This document shows positions 8,512-18,392 of a stretch of 32,000 nucleotides of DNA, in pieces (within the stretch, counting starts at the first letter, position 1; each line of letters starts with the position of its first letter). Location of the stretch: positions 150,001 to 182,000 of the forward strand of contig NC_006138.1 of the NCBI RefSeq assembly GCF_000025945.1, read 5' to 3'. Under the pieces are notes generated by a model. It ran no database searches, was not told the DNA's origin, and saw only the letters and a list, made by a program, of their open reading frames with translations. The stretch comes from Desulfotalea psychrophila LSv54 (GTDB lineage: Bacteria; Desulfobacterota; Desulfobulbia; Desulfobulbales; Desulfocapsaceae). A program made the position numbers and the translations under genes.

Positions 8512-10659
8512 ATGCACAAAATAGGAAGGATTGCCATCGCCGGCGTTCCCAATTGCGGCAAGACAACCCTGTTCAACTCCTTGACAGGGGCAAAGCAAAC
8601 GGTTGGCAACTGGCCGGGAGTAACCGTTGAAAAAGTTGAGGGTAGTTTTTCTTTAAGGGGAAGCAAGGTTGAACTTGTTGACCTTCCTGGAACATACAAT
8701 CTCAGTCCTGACACAGAAGATCAAAAAGTTGCAGAGCGTGTTATTCGAGAGGGAGAATACGACCTCATCCTCAACGTTGTTGACGCCAGTAACCTTTCCA
8801 GAAATCTTTATCTGACCATGGATCTCAAGGAGAGAACAAGTCAGATAATTATCCTCCTTAATATGCTCGATGTTGCCAAGTCTGAAGGTATTGACATTGA
8901 CGTAAATAAACTCAGCGAAGAGCTTGGCGTCCCCGTCATCCCAGTAATTGCCGTATGTCCAAAATCCGTGCAAAAAGCCGTCAAACGTGTAGAAATAGCG
9001 GCGGCAAAACTCCCCAAGCATGACTCGCACGCATCCCGCGCCGAGGTAATGGACACGGTCAAAAAATATGCCCATATTGATAAAATATATAATCTGATTG
9101 CAAAAGAGAAAAAAGACAAAAAAGATAGCATAACCAATAGAATAGACAATATTGTCATGAACCGCTTTGCGGCCATTCCAATATTTTTGCTCTCCATGTT
9201 TGTCACCTTTTGGTTTGCCATTGGGGTTGGCTCGGTTTTTATCGATTTTTTCGATATAATGGGCGGCCTCCTCTTTATTGAGGTGCCCACGGCAATGCTC
9301 AACACAGTACATGCACCCGAGTGGCTCATCGTTATGATTGCAGGAGGATTAGGCACCGGTTGCCAAACCGTTGCTACCTTCATCCCCGTTGTTTTCTTTA
9401 TGTTTCTTGCCTTGGCCATCCTGGAAAATCTTGGCTATATGTCACGGGTAGGCGTTGTTGCCGACCGATTTATGCGCAAAATAGGCCTCCCCGGCTCTGC
9501 CTTCATCCCCATGATAGTAGGCTTTGGCTGTACAGTCCCTGCTATTATGGCAGCACGTACCCTGACGACAACACGCGACCGCTATATGACCATCTTTATG
9601 GCACCATTTATGTCCTGCGGTGCTCGTCTGCCGGTATACGCTCTCTTTTGTTCAGCCCTCTTCGGTGCATACTCCGGCCTTGCAGTCTTTATGATCTACA
9701 TCACCGGGCTTTTTATGGCTATTCTGACCGGTTTTTTCCTAAAGAACACCCTCTTTAAGGGAGCCTCATCCCATTTCGTCATGGACCTGCCGCTCTATCA
9801 CAAGCCCCAGGTGGGCGCTGTCCTGTTAAGCGCTTGGTTACGACTGAAAAATTTTATCGGCAAGGCAGGAGTCATTGTTGTTCTAGCAGTATTTTGTCTC
9901 AGCCTAGTCAACTCCGTTGGTATTGAAGATGGCAAAATGACCTTTGGCAATGAGGACTCACAGTCCTCCATTCTGGCCCATGCCGGCAAGGCTATTACTC
10001 CGATCTTCGAACCAATGGGTATCCAAAGAGATAATTGGCCAGCATCCGTTGCCCTCTTCACGGGCCTCTTTGCCAAGGAAGCTATCGTCGGCACCATTAA
10101 CTCCCTCTATGCCTCTGTCGATATGACCGATCTTGCCGAAGCTACCACAGAACAGGCTCCCGCAAAACTCGACGTTGCAGGTTCAATCACTAAAGCCTTC
10201 ACCTCCGTAGGAGAAGGAATGGTGGGAGTTGTCAGCTCTTTTGATCTATTGGGAATTGGCATTATCAATGAGGATCAAAAAACTATCAGCGAAGAGACGG
10301 GGGCAAGCACCGATGTCTACAAACATATCGCGGCAAACTTCACCGTTTTTTCTGCCTTTGCCTATCTCCTCTTTGTCCTGATGTACTTCCCCTGCCTGGC
10401 CGTGATCGGAGTAGCAAAACAGGAAATGGGTGGCTTCTACACCATGATAATGGCCACATACTGCACCATGCTTGCCTGGTCCGTGGCCACTCTCTTCTAC
10501 CAAATAGCCGAGGGACATAATATTTTATACATCCTTCTGGCCTGCCTGATTCTGGCATCCGTATACGGTCTCCTTCACCTCATTGGCAAAAAAGAGAGAA
10601 TCAACAAGGTCACTACCCCACCACCGCCACCCATGCGAAAACGCTGTTGCGGTCAATAG
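8512..10659 (+). CDS. feoB: Ferrous iron transport protein B
   Basis: GVPNCGKTTLFNSLTG (G1), VGNWPGVTVE, DLPGTYNLSP (G3), NMLD (G4); Gate/Core regions VGFGCTVPAIMAARTL and GLFAKEAIVGTINSLY; Cys-containing C-terminus. Confidence 0.97.
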   Translation: MHKIGRIAIAGVPNCGKTTLFNSLTGAKQTVGNWPGVTVEKVEGSFSLRGSKVELVDLPGTYNLSPDTEDQKVAERVIREGEYDLILNVVDASNLSRNLYLTMDLKERTSQIIILLNMLDVAKSEGIDIDVNKLSEELGVPVIPVIAVCPKSVQKAVKRVEIAAAKLPKHDSHASRAEVMDTVKKYAHIDKIYNLIAKEKKDKKDSITNRIDNIVMNRFAAIPIFLLSMFVTFWFAIGVGSVFIDFFDIMGGLLFIEVPTAMLNTVHAPEWLIVMIAGGLGTGCQTVATFIPVVFFMFLALAILENLGYMSRVGVVADRFMRKIGLPGSAFIPMIVGFGCTVPAIMAARTLTTTRDRYMTIFMAPFMSCGARLPVYALFCSALFGAYSGLAVFMIYITGLFMAILTGFFLKNTLFKGASSHFVMDLPLYHKPQVGAVLLSAWLRLKNFIGKAGVIVVLAVFCLSLVNSVGIEDGKMTFGNEDSQSSILAHAGKAITPIFEPMGIQRDNWPASVALFTGLFAKEAIVGTINSLYASVDMTDLAEATTEQAPAKLDVAGSITKAFTSVGEGMVGVVSSFDLLGIGIINEDQKTISEETGASTDVYKHIAANFTVFSAFAYLLFVLMYFPCLAVIGVAKQEMGGFYTMIMATYCTMLAWSVATLFYQIAEGHNILYILLACLILASVYGLLHLIGKKERINKVTTPPPPPMRKRCCGQ

Positions 10660-10710
10660 ATACCGACACTCAAAAGTCCTCCTCTATGGAGGCCTTGGGC
10701 GTCACGTAGC

Positions 10711-11748
10711 CTACTCCATAACGTTCCCCGGCTCCTCGGGACTTAAAAACTCATCGAGCAACAGAACATTGCAACATTGGTAGTCTCCCTTCCGAATTAT
10801 ACAGTCCAGATAATCACAGGAGACACAGTAGGCTCGCCGGCAGGGATCAAGATGAAAACAGATCTCTCCCCTATAGTCATAATCCGCCATCAACCTTTTA
10901 GTGAAAATCTCCGATTGGATGTGTACCTCGGAAATATCCCAATATTCCGGCACCACCAGATGGGCATCAATATGATGAAAGGCACCCGAACGAAGAATAC
11001 GGGCATGATGGACCTGAACTATCCCCGGGAAACGATCCCTTTTAACCAATTCAGCCAAATGAGAGATCAGCTCTTCATCCCTTGTATCAAGCAGGTCGCT
11101 AAAAGAGTCTCGAACGATTGAAAAACCCGTATAGGTAAGAAACAGGGCAACAACAATGGCGATGGCGGGATCAACCCAGGCCCATCCTGTCAAGAGATAG
11201 AGAAGAAGGCCGGCAATAACCCCCACACTTGTCCACAGATCAGATAAGACATGGGCACTACTGGCAAGCAGTGCCTTAGACCTGCTAGCCTTTCCAGCCC
11301 TTTTAAGATAAAGCCCCAAAAACAAATTCAAAAGACCGGCAAAGCCAATAAGCAGGAGTCCATACCCAAGCTCTTTTATCTCCTGCCCATAAAACAGGGC
11401 ATTTACCGCCTTTACTAAAATTGCCAAGGCAGCAAAGGTAATCAACCCTCCCTCAAAGGCCGCTGAAAAAAACTCCATCTTGCCGTGACCGTAGGGGTGA
11501 CGATCATCAGCTGGCTTCATGGCCATGGTAATGATAATGAGTGCCAACAGGGCAGCCACCACATTAACGGTACTCTCCGCAGCATCAGAGAAAATGGCCT
11601 GTGAATCTGAGACAATAAAGGCCGCGAACTTGCAACACATAATAAAAAAACTGGCCACCAATGAAACACGGGCGGCCTTCACCCTATCCTTTGAGTCTTG
11701 TCCTATTTTTTCTTCCACTAGCGAATCTCCCTCGACACCAAGCACCAC
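10711..11748 (-). CDS. Cation diffusion facilitator family transporter
   Basis: SDAAESTVNVVAA, DDRHPYGHGKMEFFSA, SSAHVLSDLWTSVGVIAG are CDF motifs; Cys-rich C-terminal tail. Confidence 0.9.
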   Translation of the reverse strand: MVLGVEGDSLVEEKIGQDSKDRVKAARVSLVASFFIMCCKFAAFIVSDSQAIFSDAAESTVNVVAALLALIIITMAMKPADDRHPYGHGKMEFFSAAFEGGLITFAALAILVKAVNALFYGQEIKELGYGLLLIGFAGLLNLFLGLYLKRAGKASRSKALLASSAHVLSDLWTSVGVIAGLLLYLLTGWAWVDPAIAIVVALFLTYTGFSIVRDSFSDLLDTRDEELISHLAELVKRDRFPGIVQVHHARILRSGAFHHIDAHLVVPEYWDISEVHIQSEIFTKRLMADYDYRGEICFHLDPCRRAYCVSCDYLDCIIRKGDYQCCNVLLLDEFLSPEEPGNVME

Positions 11749-11868
11749 TTCTTGATATTATATAGACTATAGTTGAAATTCATCAGAACTGTCCTTGCCT
11801 TACAGGTGATACTTCTTACAATAAACATATCATTTTAACAAAAAACAACATCTTTATGGAGGCTTGTC

Positions 11869-12066
11869 ATGGCTGGAAAAATTTTTTACCGAGAACGACA
11901 AAAGGCTAAAGAAAAAACAAAAACCCCGCGCTATCGTATAATCGCCGTCAGTGGCGTTGACCTCAAGGTATATGGGGAGCATTTTCGCCAGACCGAGCTC
12001 AAACAAATTGCCCAGGCAGTGGGGGCAAAGCTCATAGCCCTTAAACGTGGCGAAAAGCACAGATAG
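11869..12066 (+). CDS. Small conserved-type hypothetical protein (65 aa)
   Basis: ggaggcttgtcATG ribosome-binding arrangement; basic, folded-looking sequence; same strand 26 nt before the next gene. Confidence 0.6.
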   Translation: MAGKIFYRERQKAKEKTKTPRYRIIAVSGVDLKVYGEHFRQTELKQIAQAVGAKLIALKRGEKHR

Positions 12067-12092
12067 CCAACAATATTTAACTGGAGAAGCCC

Positions 12093-12923
12093 ATGGCATT
12101 GGTTCGAGAAAAAGACGGCAAAAGACTACACGTCAAAAGTTCTCTGATGGGAGAGAGTCTGGTCAGTAAAGAATTTATCAAAAACCTCGATATTGCTCCG
12201 CAGGAGCGGCTCTACCCCGATGTAGCTGTGATGAAGATTGGCGGACAATCGATTTGCGATAGAGGCACAAAGGCCCTACCAGGAGTCCTCAAAGAAATTG
12301 CCGCAAATCGCGCTGAGCACAAGATGCTCCTTACCACCGGTGGAGGCACACGTAGCAGACATATCTACACCATCGGTCTTGAGATGGGGATGCCCACGGG
12401 CGTTATTGCTAAATTTGGCAGCATGGTCTCAGAACAAAATGCCCTTATGGTAGCTACCCTGCTCTCACCTTGGGGAGGTACCCAGATTTCCCACTCCGAT
12501 ATTGTCAAATTACCCACATACTTCAAGGATGGAATCATCCCCGTCATGGCCGGCATGCCTCCCTATGATTATTTTGCCATCAAACCCAAGGTGGGACGTA
12601 TCCCCATCCATCGCACCGATGTCGGCCTTATCATTCTCGCCGACCTGATCGGCTCCCGCAACATACTCTTTATCAAAGATGAAAATGGCCTCTACACGGA
12701 TGACCCTAAAAAAAATCCCAAGGCCGATTTTATTGGGGAAATAGGAGCTCAAGACCTACTGGACAGTGGTCAGGACGATCTTGTCATCGAAAGACCATGT
12801 CTGGAAATCATTCAGAACAGTGAAGTTATTGATAAAGTTCAAATTATCAATGGCACAGTTCCTGGAAACATAACAAGAGCCTTAGCCGGCGAGCATGTGG
12901 GCACCTACATCCACAAACAATAA
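12093..12923 (+). CDS. Amino-acid-kinase-fold protein resembling molybdenum storage protein subunits (MosA/MosB)
   Basis: VAVMKIGGQSICDRG, LLTTGGGTRSRHIYTIGLEMGMPTGV, FIKDENGLYTDDPKKNP, QIINGTVPGNITRALAGEHVGTYI; the C-terminal motif closely matches remembered Azotobacter MosB. Confidence 0.8.
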   Translation: MALVREKDGKRLHVKSSLMGESLVSKEFIKNLDIAPQERLYPDVAVMKIGGQSICDRGTKALPGVLKEIAANRAEHKMLLTTGGGTRSRHIYTIGLEMGMPTGVIAKFGSMVSEQNALMVATLLSPWGGTQISHSDIVKLPTYFKDGIIPVMAGMPPYDYFAIKPKVGRIPIHRTDVGLIILADLIGSRNILFIKDENGLYTDDPKKNPKADFIGEIGAQDLLDSGQDDLVIERPCLEIIQNSEVIDKVQIINGTVPGNITRALAGEHVGTYIHKQ

Positions 12924-12927
12924 AAAT

Positions 12928-12960
12928 AGGGGCGGGAAGAGAAAGCCCCTGCCCCTTTGC
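12928..12960 (+). terminator. Terminator between the converging kinase and PilZ genes
   Basis: aggggcggg-aagagaaag-cccctgcccct hairpin with a bulge, short T-run. Confidence 0.5.
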
Positions 12961-12980
12961 TTTAGCAGAGATGGCCCTGA

Positions 12981-13340
12981 TCAGTTAATGCCCAGATGAC
13001 CTTTAATTTCTCGCTCTGTCTCTTCAGGATCTTCAGCATTATAGACCAAAATATTCTTTATATGGCCAAGAGATTCCGGCGAGACGGAGGTAAAACGAAA
13101 ACCAAGTCTCCCCTCCTTTACCCAAACAACATGGCCTACCACATCCACCACAAGGCTACCGCCACCAAGATGCATTTTCAGCAAAATATCCTCATCTTCC
13201 GGTAGGATTGCGGCTGTAACCAGCTGACAGCCTCCGAGGGCAAGGTCAAATATTTCATCCACAGGATATATCACCCCAGCCAGCGAAATTTCACCTGTTC
13301 CCCAAAAAAACATTCGGCTAAACCGACGCTTACCATCCAT
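12981..13340 (-). CDS. PilZ-domain-like protein (probable c-di-GMP binding)
   Basis: N-terminal RRFSR, central DLALGGCQL (divergent D/NxSxxG), then ...VVGHVVWVKEGRLGFRFTSVSPE. Confidence 0.7.
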   Translation of the reverse strand: MDGKRRFSRMFFWGTGEISLAGVIYPVDEIFDLALGGCQLVTAAILPEDEDILLKMHLGGGSLVVDVVGHVVWVKEGRLGFRFTSVSPESLGHIKNILVYNAEDPEETEREIKGHLGIN

Positions 13341-13623
13341 ACTCTCCTCCCCTTTATTTTTTTTAAGGATACTTCGTAACAAATTCCCCGTTGCGAATAC
13401 AGAAAAACAACAGCACAGATCTTAAACACATAATTTCAAATAGTCACTCCCCTGCATAATCAGCAAAGCATACAGCAAAACCCCTGATATCGTTCAACAG
13501 GCAAATAGATGAAAGCCATACATTAACATTGAAAATCATCGCCTAACGCAGTATACAGCCTAGAATGTCTTTTCTGCTAAGCCCTTTACTGACAGCTAAA
13601 AAACGAAATACAAGGAGAACAAA

Positions 13624-15171
13624 GTGAAAAAAATCGCCCTATTATTCTTGGCATCTTTCATGTTACTTACCGTAACAGCACAGGCCAAGACCATGAGGCT
13701 GGCAATGGATGCGGATCCAGTATCTCTTGATCCCCACGTCCAACTCTCAGGTGGAATGGTCCAATACTCTCACATGGTTTTCGATCCGCTGGTTCGTTGG
13801 ACCCAGGACATGGAGTTCGAGGCACGTCTTGCCACAAAATGGGAACGTATTGACCCACTTACCCTCCGTATGCATCTTCGCCAAGGTGTAAAATTTCACT
13901 CCGGAAATCCTTTTACCGCAAAAGACGTTGCCTGGACCATCAAACGCCTCCAGGGCAGCGCTGATTTCAAAGCACTCTTTGAACCCTTCGCAGACCCCGT
14001 TATTGTTGATGATTACACAATTGACATCAAGACCAAGCAACCTTATGGCCTTACCCTCAACATGTGTACCTACATCTTTCCTATGGATTCCGTATTCTAC
14101 AGTGGAAAAGATGAGAAGGGACGCGACAAGAGCCTTATCGTAAAAACTGACTACTCCTTTGCCAATGAATTCGAATCCGGCACCGGTAAATACCAGGTAA
14201 TAGAGCGCGAACCAGGTCAGAAATGGGTTCTTAGAGCATTCCCACAATACTGGGATAAAAACAGTGGTAACATTGATGAAATCATCCTTACCCCTATCAG
14301 TGAAGATGCTACCCGCATGGCAGCACTTCTCTCCGGCGATGTAGACTTCATTATGCCCGTACCACCACAGGATTTCAAGAGAATAGAAAGCCAAAAAGAT
14401 CTCCAACTTATCTCTCTTCCTGGTACCCGCATCATTACCCTGCAGATGAACCAGGAACGTCGCCCTGAATTCAAGGACGTTCGTGTTCGTCAGGCAATTG
14501 TCCTTGCGATAAACAATACAGGTATCGTTCAGAAGATCATGAAGGGCCGTGCTACCACGGCCGGACAAACCTCGCCCATGGGTTATGCCGGTCACGATTC
14601 AGCACTCCAGCCTCGCTACGACCTGAAGAAGGCCAAGTCCCTGATGAAAGCAGCTGGATATGAGAAGGGTTTTACCATCTCCATGATCACTCCTAATAAT
14701 CGTTACGTCAATGACGATAAGATTGCTGAAGCAGTTACCTCCATGCTTGCCAAGATCAACATCAAGGTTGAGCTGCAGACCATGCCTAAGGCCCAATATT
14801 GGGATAAGTTCGATGCTCAGGTAGCTGACATTCAAATGCTTGGCTGGCACGCAGATACCGAGGACAGCGCCAACTTTTTCGAATTCCTCTATATGTGTCG
14901 CAACAAAGAGACCGGTTACGGACAGTACAATAGCGGCTCTTATTGTAATCCCAAGGTAGATGAACTTACCCTCGCCTCTCAAACAGAGACTGATCTTGTC
15001 AAGCGGGCGGAAGACCTTAAGGAGATTGAAAGAATTCTCTATAAGGACGCAGCAGGCATCACCCTTCACTGGCAGATGCTTTCCTGGGCAGCAAGCGAGA
15101 AGCTTACCAATGCAAAAGATATTGTTAATGTAATGAACTACCCATATTTCGGTGACCTCAATATGGACTAA
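13624..15171 (+). CDS. ABC transporter substrate-binding protein, family 5 (dipeptide/oligopeptide/nickel type)
   Basis: Signal peptide MKKIALLFLASFMLLTVTAQA; MRLAMDADPVSLDPHVQ, LRQGVKFHSGNPFTAKDVAWTI, FKDVRVRQAIVLAINN. Confidence 0.93.
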   Translation: MKKIALLFLASFMLLTVTAQAKTMRLAMDADPVSLDPHVQLSGGMVQYSHMVFDPLVRWTQDMEFEARLATKWERIDPLTLRMHLRQGVKFHSGNPFTAKDVAWTIKRLQGSADFKALFEPFADPVIVDDYTIDIKTKQPYGLTLNMCTYIFPMDSVFYSGKDEKGRDKSLIVKTDYSFANEFESGTGKYQVIEREPGQKWVLRAFPQYWDKNSGNIDEIILTPISEDATRMAALLSGDVDFIMPVPPQDFKRIESQKDLQLISLPGTRIITLQMNQERRPEFKDVRVRQAIVLAINNTGIVQKIMKGRATTAGQTSPMGYAGHDSALQPRYDLKKAKSLMKAAGYEKGFTISMITPNNRYVNDDKIAEAVTSMLAKINIKVELQTMPKAQYWDKFDAQVADIQMLGWHADTEDSANFFEFLYMCRNKETGYGQYNSGSYCNPKVDELTLASQTETDLVKRAEDLKEIERILYKDAAGITLHWQMLSWAASEKLTNAKDIVNVMNYPYFGDLNMD

Positions 15172-15229
15172 ACTCCTTGCAAAGACAAAACTGTTTGCAA
15201 ACGTTACTGACGATTTTTGCACCTTAAAT

Positions 15230-15258
15230 GGCCTGGTAAGATCCACTCTTACCAGGCC
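15230..15258 (+). terminator. Hairpin/terminator between the binding-protein and permease genes
   Basis: ggcctggtaag-atccact-cttaccaggcc, a perfect 11-bp stem followed by gttttctg. Confidence 0.75.
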
Positions 15259-15455
15259 GTTTTCTGTAGCTAAACAGATATAAATCCCCTCTCCAAAAGC
15301 TACAATTAGAATTGCATGAAACTTTCAAAAAGCATAAGGCCTCCCGAGAAGGTTTTACACAAGCACTCACTCCACGGGAGCGGGAAAAATCAAGCGGGAA
15401 AGCTGAACGCAGCCTGTGCGGCACAGCATTTTTTGCAAAAACCAAATAAAAAACC

Positions 15456-16433
15456 ATGATAGCATTCTTTATCCGCCGGTTCACTCAGGCCCTCTTCGTC
15501 ATGCTCGTCATCAGCGTGATTGGTTTTGCCATCAAGCAAAATGTAGGTGATCCTGTCCGTGAAATTACCGGCGTATCCGTATCCGCTGCCGAGCGTGAAG
15601 CTCTACGTGAAGATCTTGGCCTCAACGACCCCTTTATGGTGCAATGGACCCGCTTTGTCGGCAAGGCCATCCAGGGAGACTTGGGCAACTCTTTTTATTT
15701 CAAAAAACCCGCCGTTGACGTCATCATGAGTAAGGCCCCGGCCACCATGGAGCTGGTTTTTTCCACCTCTATCCTGGTCATTTTTCTCTCTATTCCTCTG
15801 GGAATCTATGCCGCCGTCTACCCAAGGTCGACCCTCTCCCGTTTTTTTATGGGAGCCAGTATCGTTGGTGTTTCAATTCCCGTCTTTTTGACGGCAATTC
15901 TTCTTATATATGTTTTTTCTGTAGGGCTCGGTTGGCTTCCATCCTATGGACGAGGTGACCTGGTAGAAATCTTCCCCGGCTGGGAATCAGGGTTTTTCAC
16001 CTTGGACGGCCTACGACACCTGGTCCTGCCGACCATATCCCTGACCGCCATCATGCTCCCCCTCTTTATCCGTCTCATTCGGGCAGAGATGCAGGAATCG
16101 CTGCAAACAGAGTATGTTAAATTTGCCCGAGCAAAGGGTTTAAAGCCAAGCCGAGTACTCTTCGTTCACGCCTTCAAAAACACCCTCCTCCCCGTTATCA
16201 CCGTAGGTGGTGTACAATTAGGAACCCTTATTGCCTTTACCATTTTAACAGAAACGGTCTTTCAGTGGCAGGGAATGGGCTCTATGTTTATCGAGTCTGT
16301 AGAACGTGCTGATACCTCACTCATGGTCGCCTACCTGGTCTTTGTCGGTTTGATTTTTGTGGTGGTCAATACATTTGTTGACCTTATCTATGGTTTTGTT
16401 AACCCCACCATTCGCGTAGCAGGGAGGAAATAA
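15456..16433 (+). CDS. Dipeptide/oligopeptide-type ABC transporter permease (DppB-like)
   Basis: MIAFFIRRFTQALFVMLVISVIGFAI; QTEYVKFARAKGLKPSRVLFVHAFKNTLLPVITVGG (EAA-like loop). Confidence 0.93.
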   Translation: MIAFFIRRFTQALFVMLVISVIGFAIKQNVGDPVREITGVSVSAAEREALREDLGLNDPFMVQWTRFVGKAIQGDLGNSFYFKKPAVDVIMSKAPATMELVFSTSILVIFLSIPLGIYAAVYPRSTLSRFFMGASIVGVSIPVFLTAILLIYVFSVGLGWLPSYGRGDLVEIFPGWESGFFTLDGLRHLVLPTISLTAIMLPLFIRLIRAEMQESLQTEYVKFARAKGLKPSRVLFVHAFKNTLLPVITVGGVQLGTLIAFTILTETVFQWQGMGSMFIESVERADTSLMVAYLVFVGLIFVVVNTFVDLIYGFVNPTIRVAGRK

Positions 16434-17350
16434 TGAGTAAGTTAAAACAGTTTAAAGAGTCTGATTTCCTCTACCATTTCCTCCGTGACCCTATGGCCCT
16501 CACCAGCTTTGCGGTACTGGCCATCCTTGTGGTACTGAGCTTTGGAGCGCCAATCCTCTCGCCCCATAACCCCTATGATCCGGCCAGCATTGACATCATG
16601 GACTCGGAGCTTCCACCTATTTGGCTAGACGAGGGAGATGCAAACTTCCTCCTCGGTACCGACTCCCAGGGACGCGGTATGCTCTCCACCATGATGTACG
16701 GTATGCGAGTCTCTATTCTCATTGGCCTCGGGGCGGTTATACTTCAATCCATCATCGGTATTATGGTCGGTTTGGTTGCCGGCTATAAGGGAGGGAAAAT
16801 TGATACCCTCCTCATGCGAATGGCCGACGTCCAACTCTCCTTTTCAACCTATATGGTTGCCATTTTCTTCGGGGCAATTTCCCAGGGCATATTCGGCATG
16901 GGCTTTTATGAGCAGTACGCCATCCCCATCCTCATCTTCATCATTGGTTTTGCAGAATGGCCCCAGTATGCCCGTACCGTTCGTGCCTCAGTACTGGCTG
17001 AAAAGAAGAAGGAATACGTCGAAGCAGCCAAGGTTGTGGGCCTCAGCTCCAACCGAATCATGTGGCGCCATATCCTGCCCAATACCATGACCTCTGTTCT
17101 GGTCATCTCCACCGTGCAGGTGGCAAACGCCATCATGAGTGAGGCAGCGCTCTCCTTTATCGGCCTTGGTATGCCTGTAACCCGACCCTCTCTGGGCTCC
17201 CTGATTAAATCCGGTTTCGACTATATTTTCAGCGGCTCATGGTGGATCACCCTTTTCCCCGGTATCTGCCTTGTTGTTCTCATCCTCTCCATCAACCTAC
17301 TTGGTGATTGGTTACGTGATTTTCTCAACCCAAAAATGTACAAGGAGTAG
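16433..17350 (+). CDS. Dipeptide/oligopeptide-type ABC transporter permease (DppC-like)
   Basis: LLGTDSQGRGMLSTMMYGMRVSI; KKEYVEAAKVVGLSSNRIMWRHILPNTMTSVLV; start overlaps the preceding stop. Confidence 0.93.
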   Translation: MSKLKQFKESDFLYHFLRDPMALTSFAVLAILVVLSFGAPILSPHNPYDPASIDIMDSELPPIWLDEGDANFLLGTDSQGRGMLSTMMYGMRVSILIGLGAVILQSIIGIMVGLVAGYKGGKIDTLLMRMADVQLSFSTYMVAIFFGAISQGIFGMGFYEQYAIPILIFIIGFAEWPQYARTVRASVLAEKKKEYVEAAKVVGLSSNRIMWRHILPNTMTSVLVISTVQVANAIMSEAALSFIGLGMPVTRPSLGSLIKSGFDYIFSGSWWITLFPGICLVVLILSINLLGDWLRDFLNPKMYKE

Positions 17351-17353
17351 ACA

Positions 17354-18322
17354 GTGAATAAGCATACACTCCTCTCAGTCCAAGGACTTAAGGTTGATTT
17401 CAAACTGAGAGAAAAAATATTTACTGCCGTTGATGGCATCTCCTTTGACCTTGATCGTGGCCAGAGACTTGGTCTTGTCGGTGAATCAGGGGCAGGAAAA
17501 TCGGTTACCGGTTTTGGCATCATCAACCTGATCAGTAAACCGGGTTTCGTCTCCGGCGGCGCCGTCCTCTTTGAGGGAAGAGACCTGACCAAGCTAGGCC
17601 CCGAGGAAATACGACAAATTCGGGGTAACCGTATCAGTATGATCTTCCAGGATCCGATGATGACCCTGAATCCAGTGCTCACCGTCGGCACCCAGATGAT
17701 TGAAACCCTCCTTGCCCATAAAAATATCTCCAAAAAAGAGGCTGAAGCAATTGCCTTGGAGAAGTTGCGCAAGGTGGCAATCCCCTCCCCGGAAAAACGT
17801 TTAAGTCAGTACCCACACGAATTTTCAGGTGGGATGCGTCAGCGTATTGTTATTGCCATTGCCCTGCTGACCTCACCGTCACTGATCATAGCCGATGAGC
17901 CCACCACCGCCCTTGATGTAACCATCCAGGCAGATATCATGGAACTGCTTCTTGAGCTCTGCGAATCCGAAAATATGGCCCTGATCCTCATCACCCACGA
18001 TCTTGCCGTTGTCTCTCAGGTAGCGGAACGGGTAGCTGTAATGTATGCGGGCAATATCGTTGAGCTAGCCTCCACCAAAGACATCGGCGTACGACCTCAA
18101 CACCCATATACCAAGGGGCTACTGGCGGCTCTACCACAAAATGTTTCCCGCCGAGAAAGACTCAATCAGATTCCTGGCTCAATGCCAAGTATCACCAGCA
18201 AATCTGTTGGCTGTGCCTTCCATAAACGTTGCTCCTACGCTGAAGACATTTGCAAAACAACAGTGCCCCCTCTTGAGCTCAAGGCAAGTGGCGCAAGCGT
18301 TGCCTGTCATCTGGTGAAGTAG
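17354..18322 (+). CDS. Peptide/nickel-type ABC transporter ATP-binding protein (DppD-like)
   Basis: GESGAGKSVTG (Walker A), LSQYPHEFSGGMRQRI (signature), LIIADEPTTALD (Walker B), Cys-containing C-terminal oligopeptide-type extension. Confidence 0.95.
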   Translation: MNKHTLLSVQGLKVDFKLREKIFTAVDGISFDLDRGQRLGLVGESGAGKSVTGFGIINLISKPGFVSGGAVLFEGRDLTKLGPEEIRQIRGNRISMIFQDPMMTLNPVLTVGTQMIETLLAHKNISKKEAEAIALEKLRKVAIPSPEKRLSQYPHEFSGGMRQRIVIAIALLTSPSLIIADEPTTALDVTIQADIMELLLELCESENMALILITHDLAVVSQVAERVAVMYAGNIVELASTKDIGVRPQHPYTKGLLAALPQNVSRRERLNQIPGSMPSITSKSVGCAFHKRCSYAEDICKTTVPPLELKASGASVACHLVK

Positions 18323-18392
18323 GTAGGATGGGCATCGACTCTCTCTGATGTCCATCACCCTTTTCCCAAAAGACGAAAACAAAGGTTATGGT

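Noticed and set aside
8653-9419. Minus-strand ORFs antisense to feoB
   Set aside because: FeoB is unambiguous on the plus strand; these look like compositional shadow ORFs.
13747-14595. Long minus-strand ORF (282 aa) antisense to the binding-protein gene
   Set aside because: The plus strand encodes a clear family 5 binding protein; the antisense ORF shows no family motif and is a shadow ORF.
15224-15484. 86-aa minus-strand ORF in the ABC operon spacer
   Set aside because: Composition is not convincing, no recognisable family, no evident RBS; kept only as a structural note on the spacer.
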